Below are positions 39,808 to 48,802 of a stretch of DNA of 64,000 nt, one piece after another. The DNA is taken from contig CAVTBR010000002.1 in assembly GCA_963733055.1 (NCBI GenBank), positions 448,001 through 512,000 of the forward strand. The letters run 5' to 3'. The notes beneath the pieces were generated by a model. The model made no database searches. It was not told the origin of the DNA and saw nothing but the letters and a program-made list of their open reading frames with translations. Position 1 is the stretch's first letter, and each line of letters begins with the position of its first letter. The position numbers were made by a program, and so were the translations under genes. The DNA comes from Candidatus Bathyarchaeota archaeon (GTDB lineage Archaea; Thermoproteota; Bathyarchaeia; 40CM-2-53-6).

Positions 39808-40377
39808 TCAACCGCCCATCGTATCAGAGGGCTCCGGGTAAATCACATTCATTACTAACGTCCTGGAGCAGTCCGCGCAATGTACAACCGTCTTAGCGCA
39901 GTTAGAATGATATCTCGCCGCGCATTCGCATTGAATGTATGGTTCCGCTCTTGCACCTTCAAGTATCGATGCTATCTCCTTGCCACAATAAAGGCAGAGC
40001 CTGTTTAGGCCTAGGACATCTCTTTGAGTGAAGATTCCCACAATCTTTCCGTCCTCTGTCACTAACATCCTCCTTACTTCTCGCCTGTTCATGAGGTCGA
40101 TGGCTTGATTCAAGGATCGGTCATGCTCGATAGAAACCCCAGGCGAAGACATGATATCGCTCACCTTCGTGGAACTTGGATCGCGGGCGTCAGCCAGCAC
40201 TTTCTTCAACATATCCCTCTCCGTGACGATGCCTATTGGCAGACCTTTGCCCGTCACGACAAGGCTTCCCAGATTCCGATCTCTCATCAGTTTGGCTGCT
40301 GCTGCAACGGACGCGGCTTCATCGATCGTTACGAGGTCTCGCCGGGCAATGCTGTCAACCTTAACGTCCAAGACCAT
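39808..40377 (-). CDS. CBS-pair protein with C-terminal C4HC3 (RING/PHD-like) zinc finger
   Basis: GIVTERD and GIFTQRD CBS motifs; C-x2-C-x18-C-x-C-x4-H-x2-C-x6-C-x2-C. Confidence 0.85.
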   Translation of the reverse strand: MVLDVKVDSIARRDLVTIDEAASVAAAAKLMRDRNLGSLVVTGKGLPIGIVTERDMLKKVLADARDPSSTKVSDIMSSPGVSIEHDRSLNQAIDLMNRREVRRMLVTEDGKIVGIFTQRDVLGLNRLCLYCGKEIASILEGARAEPYIQCECAARYHSNCAKTVVHCADCSRTLVMNVIYPEPSDTMGG

Positions 40378-40521
40378 GCATATTCTTTGGTATTTCCAAC
40401 GATTTAACAGGTGCTGAATACCCGCTAGCCGGTCGTGGCCTAACATCATCTGTTTGGGAAAGTGAAGTCTTTTACCATCCGATACATCAAAATGCGTCAA
40501 CTGCCATAGGGAGCGAGGGTT

Positions 40522-40971
40522 ATGCATCTAGAAGGTTCTTTCGAGACCCCCGCATCTCGCCAGGTTGCTTATGATTTCCTACTCAACGCTAACGATATCG
40601 CCCCATGCCTCCCAGACTTGCAGTCGGTTGAGGTTCTCGGCCCCGACAGTTTTCGGGCGAAGGTGAAGGTTGGTATTGGGTTGGTTAGGGGGAATATGGA
40701 GTTCGAATTTCGCGTTGTAGACAAGGTCCCCCCAAGTTCTGCTAAGCTCGTTGGGAATGGGCGTGGGGTTGGAAGTTCGGTTGAGATTCAAACTGGGTTC
40801 AAACTGGACGAATCTGGGTCGGGATGTAAGGTTGGTTGGATTGCCGACGTCACTATGGGTGGGATAATCGCGGGATTGGGGTCAAGGATGCTGGATTCTA
40901 CTTCGAGTAAGATGGTTGAGCAGGTAGTTGAAAACTTCAAGAGTAAACTGAGCGAGAAGGCTCGCGCCTAA
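40522..40971 (+). CDS. CoxG/SRPBCC family protein
   Basis: IAPCLPDL, KVKVGIG, GGIIAGLGSRML. Confidence 0.85.
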   Translation: MHLEGSFETPASRQVAYDFLLNANDIAPCLPDLQSVEVLGPDSFRAKVKVGIGLVRGNMEFEFRVVDKVPPSSAKLVGNGRGVGSSVEIQTGFKLDESGSGCKVGWIADVTMGGIIAGLGSRMLDSTSSKMVEQVVENFKSKLSEKARA

Positions 40972-42191
40972 CTGTAAGCTTCGAACCCTTTTCCGAGAAC
41001 CAACGACGCAATCTTCAACTCCATAATCTCATCGGTCCCCTCGTAAATTCGAGCCACCCTAGAATCGCACAGATGCCTCGCAACGGGTGAGAGCAGTGAG
41101 TAACCGAAGCCGCCGAACACTTGCACCGCCATGTCTGCGCTCTCGTACGCCAGCCGCGACGCGACACGTTTGGCGATTGCCGATTGTAAGTCCACCTTGT
41201 TGCGGAGTTCCAGGTCGGTAGGGTTTGCATCTAGCCTTGTCTTCTCAACTGCCGCAAAGTACGTCGGCCATCGTGCCATCTCCAAATTCATGGCCATGTT
41301 TGCAATGTGGCGCTGAATCAGTTGGTGTTTTCCTATCGGTTTCCCATGCTGGACCCTTGACTTTGCCCGTTCCGTCACTGAATTTAGACAATCCCCGATG
41401 ATGCCGACGCATCCTGACCCTATCCCGATCCTTCCGTTCAGTAGGGCTGAGTAAGCAACGTACAACCCCTTGCCCAACTGGCCTACAACGTTCTCCTTCG
41501 ACACCTTGCAATCTGTCATCTCAAGCATCGCCGTATCGGAAGTGAAGAGGCCAATTTTCTCTTCGAGGTGCATGGCCACCGAGAAACCAGCCGTCTTCGA
41601 GTCTACTATGAAAGCGGACATCCCCTCCGTCCTACCTTTCGGATACGCGAATACGATCAGAGAATCGGCGATGCCGCCGTTCGAGATGAGATACTTCGTC
41701 CCATTCAACACGTACCCGCCATCCCGCTCTTCATAACTGGTCTTGAGTGACGTCGGCTCGCTTCCCGCCTCAGGTTCCGTTAGGCCGTACGCGAGAACCA
41801 TCTCACCTTTCGCCGCAGGAATTAGATAGCGTCTCTTGAGCTCATCGCTTCCCCACTGTTGGATTGCAAGAGAAGCAAGTAAGCAGTGGACGTCGACGAA
41901 CGTGACTACCCCAAGCCCCAACTGCCCATAGCGTTCCAAGGCCAGGGCCCAAGTCACAGGGTCTGCGCCCGCGCCACCCCACTCGGGGGATACGGTCAAG
42001 CCCATCAGTTGATATTTCTTCAGAATCTTTGGGAGCTCATCATTGTACTTGTGCGCGATGTAATGCTCGAATTCCGGTAAGTAGAGCTCCTTACACGCCT
42101 CATCAACCCGTTCCAGAATACCCAACTGCTCTTCACTGAGTTCGCGAAGCCGTCCCGCGAGCCTAACCGACTCGGCGAATGAACCTTCCAA
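40968..42191 (-). CDS. Acyl-CoA dehydrogenase (paralog of 6104-7312)
   Basis: AYGLTEPEAGS, LNGTKYLISN, AVQVFGGFGY, IYEGTDEI. Confidence 0.95.
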   Translation of the reverse strand: MEGSFAESVRLAGRLRELSEEQLGILERVDEACKELYLPEFEHYIAHKYNDELPKILKKYQLMGLTVSPEWGGAGADPVTWALALERYGQLGLGVVTFVDVHCLLASLAIQQWGSDELKRRYLIPAAKGEMVLAYGLTEPEAGSEPTSLKTSYEERDGGYVLNGTKYLISNGGIADSLIVFAYPKGRTEGMSAFIVDSKTAGFSVAMHLEEKIGLFTSDTAMLEMTDCKVSKENVVGQLGKGLYVAYSALLNGRIGIGSGCVGIIGDCLNSVTERAKSRVQHGKPIGKHQLIQRHIANMAMNLEMARWPTYFAAVEKTRLDANPTDLELRNKVDLQSAIAKRVASRLAYESADMAVQVFGGFGYSLLSPVARHLCDSRVARIYEGTDEIMELKIASLVLGKGFEAYS

Positions 42192-42418
42192 GAGAACTAA
42201 ACTCCCTGTAAGACCTGATTCTCATTCCTCACATTCTTTTACGTCTTGTTACATCGATAACCGAGATTTCCAAGGCGAAAGGAGGCCACACATACCGACC
42301 ATCCTGAGCCCAATCAGGATCTATACGACTCGATTACCCCGCCGTGGGCGAGGATCAACGAGGGGGTCATAGCTAAGTCATATATTGTAGAATCTTCGAT
42401 TGTTCCTTGGTGATATTG

Positions 42419-42508
42419 ATGTCACAAGGAACATATGTCTGCCCAGCCTGCAAGCAATTCTTCAAGACAAAGGAAGAGCTCGAAAACCACGCAAAGACCG
42501 CTCACTGA
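42419..42508 (+). CDS. 29-aa single C2H2 zinc-finger microprotein
   Basis: MSQGTYVCPACKQFFKTKEELENHAKTAH* matches Y-x-C-x2-C-x3-F-x5-L-x2-H-x4-H; GGTGA SD at 42409-42413. Confidence 0.8.
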   Translation: MSQGTYVCPACKQFFKTKEELENHAKTAH

Positions 42509-42628
42509 GCCAAGTAAACGCCGACCTTAGATTCCCCAACAGGGGATCTAACAACATCCATTCTTTTGGAACATTTACGAGGAATGTGCAACAGTTAAGT
42601 CTAACGAGTTCTTATCCCTCAAACGAGA

Positions 42629-43135
42629 TTGACCGTGAAAAGTTCGTTCGAAAATTTTAGCATCTACGGCTTCGCCGTAGACTACCCGGAAATGAGCCGG
42701 GTCGAATTCAACTCGAAAGGTCGGCGCGAATCAGGCGACGTAGTTTTCCATTTGCCGGACAAAGTTGAGCGAGTTAGAATATTCCTGTCTTGGGGAGATT
42801 TGGAAAAGGTCAAACGATTCCAATCCACCGACGAACACGCCGATTTCAGCCTTGACGCCATGAAGAAGGGGAAGAATGTGCAGAACTTCGAACGCCTATC
42901 ACGAGATACAATATCCATACACACTCACAGAAGCTCTGTGAACAAGGTTAGGTTTGATGAAAGGTCGAGGGGGTTAACCGGGAGCAAGGACATTTCGAGG
43001 GAAGCATACTCTCTACACGTCCATTGCCCAACATCAAACAGATATTTCGTATTGTACACGATGACCCCGAGCCACGGCGATAGCAGATATGATAAGATCA
43101 TGGAATCGATGAAGGATTCTTTCAAATGCCACTGA
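42629..43135 (+). CDS. Hypothetical protein (possibly PsbP/Mog1-like fold)
   Basis: YGFAVDYP N-terminus and KIMESMKDSFKCH C-terminus resemble that fold's pattern. Confidence 0.55.
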   Translation: MTVKSSFENFSIYGFAVDYPEMSRVEFNSKGRRESGDVVFHLPDKVERVRIFLSWGDLEKVKRFQSTDEHADFSLDAMKKGKNVQNFERLSRDTISIHTHRSSVNKVRFDERSRGLTGSKDISREAYSLHVHCPTSNRYFVLYTMTPSHGDSRYDKIMESMKDSFKCH

Positions 43136-43224
43136 ACGATACAGAGCGAACTGGCAGGGACCCTCCCGTATAGCCCGCATCCTCTTTGATGACAAGAATC
43201 TAGAACCAAAAGGCTCAATGGTGT

Positions 43225-43330
43225 TGGAGCCCCGGGCGGGAATTGAACCCACGACCTACGCCTGTTTGGTTTGTTTACCAAGGCGTCGCTTTTGGCATTG
43301 GGTGATTCTACCAGGCTGAGCCACCGGGGC
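43225..43330 (-). tRNA. tRNA-Thr(GGT) with two introns (17-nt D-arm; 12-nt canonical 37/38)
   Basis: GCCCCGG/CCGGGGC acceptor, ACGCC/GGCGT anticodon stem, GGTTCAATTCC; 77 nt with CCA after intron removal. Confidence 0.88.
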
Positions 43331-43818
43331 GATTGTCGGCAGGCAGGCGTTGGAATATTCGCTAATTAACCTTGGCGTCTGAACCTCATTGCGTTTGGGA
43401 AATGAAACATCACGAATCTCGCTCTTGTTAGGTCGGAGACTGTACGATCAAATTCCGGCAGGCTCTAAGTTGAGCGGACATCTTCCACGGCGTGGCGGGC
43501 TATTTCGGAAGATCTCATCGAATTTGATTGTGTGATTAGACAGCCAAATGGAGCTAAGGTAGGTTGGAAAAGCGTCGATTCGAGTGAATTAGTAAAAGCG
43601 GGTTATGATAGGTCATGAAAGCGCGAAATTGGATGTGTTTGGAACGGGGGAGGCTGGCCGGGGGTGTCATATTGGGTGCACTAACTTTTTGCGTTAAAAA
43701 ATGGTATAATCGGACTTTTACCATTCACCAATGTGACAATACGTGACCAAACGCTTAAGTGCATTTATTGGACCACCGTGCGTCAGAGTCAATTAACAAA
43801 AGGAGGAAAATTAGAAAA

Positions 43819-44673
43819 ATGGTCAAGAAATGCCCATCATGCGGCTACAACAACCGTGATGACGCATCATTCTGTTCAAGCTGCGGAGCATCTCTCGCAG
43901 GCAGCGCGGTCCCCTCACTCAAACCAGTCCCATCCGTACGCGTAGTAACCCCAGTCAGCCCCGGCGGACCTATCCGCGTGCCCGCACCAGGACAATGCTA
44001 TTATCACCCCAACCTCCCAGCAGTATACGTCTGCAACAGATGTGGAAGGTCGATTTGTCGCGATGATTCAAAAACATACATGGATCTCGTCCTCTGCCCG
44101 CAATGTTACGCAGGAGTCGTTCCAATGGTAGCACAACAACCACCCCAAGCCGCCTATGCCCAACGCCCACCCCAAATGGCGCCGGATTACGGTCCCCCGC
44201 CAATGGCTCAAGCCTATGGCCCGCCACCGATGGCACCGCCTATGGCTGCGCCAGCATTCGGTCCACCACCGATGGCTCCACCAGCAGCTGCTTACCCAGT
44301 CTATCCACCACCGCCACCAATGTTCGCCCCCGCATCACCGAGAGCACTCTGGGGCTTCATCCTATCAGTGATCGCTGGAATCCTAGTAATACTCAACGCA
44401 GCAGCTTTACTCGCACCAGGCTTCTACGCGATGTGGGTAGGTGTATTCTTCTGGTTGCCAGCACTCGGCCCTGCTAGCTTAGCATTCGCAATCGGTATAA
44501 TCATAGGGCTCATCCTGGTAATTGGGTCAATACTGATGCTGCTCGGCTACGGAACAATCGGAAGCATCGTCGTCTTCCCGTTGGCAGTGTTAAGCCTCAT
44601 AATCGGCGGAGGCTTTGTGGCCGGCTTCGTCTTAGGTGTGCTGGGCGGTATACTCGGCATGCTCGGACGGTAA
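43819..44673 (+). CDS. Zinc-ribbon + B-box-like finger + Pro-rich + multi-TM membrane protein
   Basis: CPSCG..CSSCG; CYYH..CNRC..CRDD..CPQC; GPPPMA repeats; C-terminal hydrophobic helices. Confidence 0.8.
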   Translation: MVKKCPSCGYNNRDDASFCSSCGASLAGSAVPSLKPVPSVRVVTPVSPGGPIRVPAPGQCYYHPNLPAVYVCNRCGRSICRDDSKTYMDLVLCPQCYAGVVPMVAQQPPQAAYAQRPPQMAPDYGPPPMAQAYGPPPMAPPMAAPAFGPPPMAPPAAAYPVYPPPPPMFAPASPRALWGFILSVIAGILVILNAAALLAPGFYAMWVGVFFWLPALGPASLAFAIGIIIGLILVIGSILMLLGYGTIGSIVVFPLAVLSLIIGGGFVAGFVLGVLGGILGMLGR

Positions 44674-44692
44674 GTAGCGTAGGGCACCCCCA

Positions 44693-44720
44693 ATATTTTT
44701 TTTCTTTCTCTTTCTCTAAC
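44693..44720 (+). terminator. T-rich archaeal terminator
   Basis: Long T/TC tract about 20 nt after the stop at 44673. Confidence 0.5.
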
Positions 44721-44956
44721 TTCAGTACGACGCCTAGTCGCTATTGCGCACTGGCGTGCTTCGAAGGCTGAGAAATGTATTTCTCTCCTTAATCCCCGAA
44801 GTATCGGGAGGGTTCGTTTCGTATTCGTACACCACGACGCTCGAATAAGCCCTCTGGAGCGCTCAGTCTCCATCCGACTCACCCTAACACGATGAACGCA
44901 TGAGCCATCAAGTTAACTACACTCTATAAGATTAGGAGATGAAGGGGGACCAATCC

Positions 44957-46491
44957 ATGTCCTACGTCAGCATCTCGAAACCTGTGAAGGATAGGATTGT
45001 CCAAGCTGCACGGGACACAGAGACCGAGATTATTGGGCTTCTACTCGGTAAACTCCAAGATGACACGATAATCGTCGAAGACTCGACCACCCACGAATTT
45101 TCGTCCGAACCACACCCGTCATGCTTCCGGCCAGCTCCATAGCAATCATAGCTGACCAACTCCTTACCGGACGCTTGAAGGGCAACATCGTAGGATGGTA
45201 CCACTCACACACAAGCGGAGGGCTGTTCTTTTCCGAGACCGATATTTCAACCCAAAAAAAACTACAGCAATTCTCATCCTTGATTACGGGGTTGGTGGTT
45301 GATTCAAGAAACGGGGAAGTCGGATACTTCAGAGTCATCCCAAGAACTGACAAAGCCGTTCGACTCCCTGAATCAAGCATCATAGTTTATTCTGATCCGA
45401 AAGACGCCGTCCCGCCCCCTCAAAGGACAGCGACAGTTGTAACTCCCACGCCTACTGTGGAAGTTCGAAGACACCCTCCTGCACGTCAGGTGCTGACGAG
45501 GCGTGCGGCGTTGGCGGTTATTTTGATTGTCCTAGTAATTTTGGTTGCGGGATTTGCAGGTCTGATCTACAGTTACAAGTTCGCCTCCCAAACATCAGTA
45601 GCAATCATTCATAACCCCGTCTTGGCGGGGACCATTGGAACGCCAATAACGATTTTCGCCAACACAACCGGGCTTATACATAATGTGACTTTGGTTTATG
45701 GTCCGGAAAAACAGGGTCCGATTACAGACGTGGCAATGAAGACGGTGGTTCCTGGAGAATTCAGCTACGTGATTCCAGGCAATCAGGTGGCGGGGAATAT
45801 GGCCTACTACATCAAAGCTTCCGATTCTGCGGGCAAGCAAGTTAACACTACCACTTATCACATCGTTATTTCTGATTTCAACATCCTACCACCAACCAGC
45901 TCGCTTACTGTATACAGAACCAAGTCTGCCGCCACAAACGTCCAAATAGCGTCCATCAACGATTTTACGCAACAGGTGCAACTCTCGGCAAACGGAAGCC
46001 CCAGCGGCATAACGATCGCATTCTCAAGAAACCCTGCCCCTACAGGAACAGTTAGCCTGAACGTGACCGCAAACTCGTCCACCCCCAACGGCACCTATCC
46101 AATAGCCCTGATTGCCACCTACCTACCACCTCAATCACCCCAAGTAGCAAGGCAAACGACTCTCAACGTAACCGTAGCCGACTTTGAGCTTCAAGCCTCA
46201 ACGACCAGTGTAACGGTCCCGGCCGGCTCAAAAGCGACTTTCAGCCTGAAGTTAACCCTCCAGAAGGGGTTCGTGGACCCTGTGAACATAACCCTGCTGA
46301 ACCTTCCAGAGGGAGCAAAGTACACTTTAACGGGCAACCCGACGGTTCTACCTGGAGGTCCCGGGACGGCTACCATAACGGTTCAGATAACAATACCAGC
46401 CTTTACAAAGCCGGGAACATACCCTGTCGTTGTAGAGGCAGTTGGGGGCGGGCTAGTGCACGCCTTGACTGTCGAGGTTACAGTAAGGTAG
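44957..46491 (+). CDS. JAMM/MPN+ deubiquitinase fused to TM helix and extracellular beta-sandwich domains; 1-nt frameshift near 45115
   Basis: ETEIIGLLLG (ORF 44939-45142) joins VGWYHSHTSGGLFFSETD (ORF 45121-46491) to form E..HxH-x7-S-x2-D; RRAALAVILIVLVILVAGFAGLIY TM. Confidence 0.85.
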
Positions 46492-46545
46492 TTTAGGCTC
46501 CTATATGGAGAGACAGGCAGCATGAGTGGAGGTGAACGATAGAAG

Positions 46546-46788
46546 ATGAAACTATTCATTCAAGCGCCTATCGGACCCCAGACGGGTTTGGCGGAGATCG
46601 ACGTGATCCCCGACCACACGGTTGCTGAAATCAAGCAACAGGTGTGCACCTCATTCGGCGTTGACCCGACGACGGTTGCTCTGATGTACGGAGGCGCAAT
46701 ACTAGACGAAGGCTCAACTATAGCACGATCGGGCATTCCAGAAAACGCTCAACTCGCCCTCATGCCTTACAACATAATTGGCGGGTAA
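46546..46788 (+). CDS. Ubiquitin-like modifier ending in di-glycine
   Basis: 80 aa beta-grasp pattern (TVAEIKQQV, LMYGGAILDE, SGI), ends IIGG*; GGAGGTG SD. Confidence 0.9.
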   Translation: MKLFIQAPIGPQTGLAEIDVIPDHTVAEIKQQVCTSFGVDPTTVALMYGGAILDEGSTIARSGIPENAQLALMPYNIIGG

Positions 46789-46800
46789 GGCTGAGACCGA

Positions 46801-47394
46801 TTGGACGCTACTCTGCTATACAAGGAAAAGAGCCTCCTCAACCACCAATTCCCCACGATCACAGCCCTGAACGACCCACCTACCCAGTTCGACGGATTAA
46901 TTCGATGCGAGAAAGGAGAGGTAAGACGCCTTGCTGAGAAGGGAGTATGGCCCTTCACAGAGTACGTGAACTGGAACAGATTCAAACTCGACCTGCCAAA
47001 CGAATACCCACTGAAACCTCCCGTGGCGACTTGGCTGACAGATATCTCCCACCCAAATATTGTACCGAACATTCCGAATGCAGTTTGCGTGTCCGTCCTA
47101 GGTGAAAAATGGGATCCGCGACTCAAACTGATCTCGGTCGTCAATTCACTCCACTATCTCCTCACCGACCCAAACCCACAAAGCGTCTTCGACAACCCCC
47201 GTGCCTTGAAAGCTGCCGACGTTTGCCGATCACATGGGTTCCCTAGAATGACCAAGCACAAGGCGAAGGAAGAAGTGAACGATACAGTTCATTTCAACAT
47301 AGTCCCCATACCAAGAACGCCAACCACACTCTCCCAACCCGGCGACATAGTGACCTTCTCAATCCCCAGGAGAGAAAACCGGACGCCGCGATAA
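46801..47394 (+). CDS. E2 ubiquitin-conjugating enzyme (UBC fold)
   Basis: LPNEYPLKPP..TDISHPNI..VCVSVL..WDP..LLTDPNPQS: HPN motif and catalytic Cys. Confidence 0.92.
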   Translation: MDATLLYKEKSLLNHQFPTITALNDPPTQFDGLIRCEKGEVRRLAEKGVWPFTEYVNWNRFKLDLPNEYPLKPPVATWLTDISHPNIVPNIPNAVCVSVLGEKWDPRLKLISVVNSLHYLLTDPNPQSVFDNPRALKAADVCRSHGFPRMTKHKAKEEVNDTVHFNIVPIPRTPTTLSQPGDIVTFSIPRRENRTPR

Positions 47395-48644
47395 TGAAAC
47401 TCGTTGCCTCCATCCCACGGTATAAGCAAATTGAGATCGACCTAGCCCCGACAAGAACCATCATGGAATTCAAACAGAAAGCCTGCGAGAAACTAGGTAT
47501 AGAAGCAGACCTTACAAAATGCCTGCTCCACGGTAAGCAACTGACAGAAAACTCATCCATCGCACGGCTCAAGAACGAAAAAGACCCTGTGATTCTAGAT
47601 TATCTCTGGGCACGGCAGCTTCTCGTCTGGGGCGCCGAGGGACAGCGGAAGATTCGAAACGCAACTGTACTTTTGGCGGGGGCGGGAGCGATCGGTAATG
47701 AAGCCGCGAAAAACCTCGCCATGCTTGGGGTTGGAAGAATCATAATAGTGGACCGGGACAATATCGAGCTGTCAAACGTAAGCCGAATGGTCTTCTTCCA
47801 ACCTAAAGACCTGGGCAAGAACAAAGCCGAATTCTTGGCGAAGAACCTTCATCTCACGTATCCATTCGTGACGACTACCGCCTACCGGGGCGAACTTGAA
47901 GGCATGCCGTTGAAACTCTACCTTGACTCCCAAGTTGTTCTTTGTGGTTTGGATAATGTCGTTTCACGAATCTTCCTTACGCAAACATGTCGTAAGTACT
48001 CCATTCCACTAATCGATGGGGGAATTACTGGGTTGAACGGAAGGGTTCATTCCTACCTGCCCCCCGATGACCCATGCCCAATCTGCCTCTTCCCCGCGAA
48101 CCAATACTCCAACATCGCGGGCCTACGTAACCCGTGCGAGGGGCCACTGGAACAAGAAACCGTTCCTTCTTTCGCCACCTCCATTTCCCTAGTGTCATCG
48201 ATTCTCGCGCAGGAAACAGTCAAGGTAATCCTAGGGTTAGGAGAGTACAAGTCAACTAAGAAGTGGCCTGAGAAAACTGGCCAACCGCTCAGATCAATCC
48301 TGTTCGTTGACCTGAAGAACAATCGCTACAGCACCATGGACCTCAAAAGAAGCGAACGATGCATTGTCTGCGGGAAAGACGGAACGGGAAGAACCCTGGT
48401 TCCGCGCGGTGACATGTCGCTCGATGCCCCTCCTGGTTCCAAGGCCACGGTCGAAGAATCAATCCGGAAGGTTTCCAACCTGGCCAAGGGAGAACTCACG
48501 ATTTTCGCAGAAACCTCAGAGGGTACACGGAAGATAGAGAGCAAATCGTTGCTTCGTAGCGTTGGAAAACGGGGCGATTACCTGAGAATCTTGGCGGAGG
48601 GCAAGAACAAAGAACTCCACGAATCAATACTAAGACTCACATAA
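47394..48644 (+). CDS. E1 activating enzyme (ThiF/UBA) with N-terminal Ubl-like domain
   Basis: RQLLVWG, GAGAIGNE, DRDNIELSNVSR, CPIC, NPCE (putative catalytic Cys), CIVC. Confidence 0.92.
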   Translation: MKLVASIPRYKQIEIDLAPTRTIMEFKQKACEKLGIEADLTKCLLHGKQLTENSSIARLKNEKDPVILDYLWARQLLVWGAEGQRKIRNATVLLAGAGAIGNEAAKNLAMLGVGRIIIVDRDNIELSNVSRMVFFQPKDLGKNKAEFLAKNLHLTYPFVTTTAYRGELEGMPLKLYLDSQVVLCGLDNVVSRIFLTQTCRKYSIPLIDGGITGLNGRVHSYLPPDDPCPICLFPANQYSNIAGLRNPCEGPLEQETVPSFATSISLVSSILAQETVKVILGLGEYKSTKKWPEKTGQPLRSILFVDLKNNRYSTMDLKRSERCIVCGKDGTGRTLVPRGDMSLDAPPGSKATVEESIRKVSNLAKGELTIFAETSEGTRKIESKSLLRSVGKRGDYLRILAEGKNKELHESILRLT

Positions 48645-48802
48645 CCCGAATTTTGAACTATCCATGTTAGTTTCTCGCACAACCCCTCGCACCAGGCTCC
48701 AGCAACTCCATCTTCTATGGGGAAAGCAGCCATTCAAACGTCTATTTTCAATGGGTAATCGTTAAGAACGGCCTGCAAACACTTCCTTAGTGTGTTCGGA
48801 AC

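Noticed and set aside
46546-48644. Reading the Ubl/E1 pair as a ThiS/MoaD or SAMP sulfur-relay system
   Set aside because: A UBC-fold E2 lies between them, the Ubl looks ubiquitin-like, and no cofactor-biosynthesis genes are adjacent
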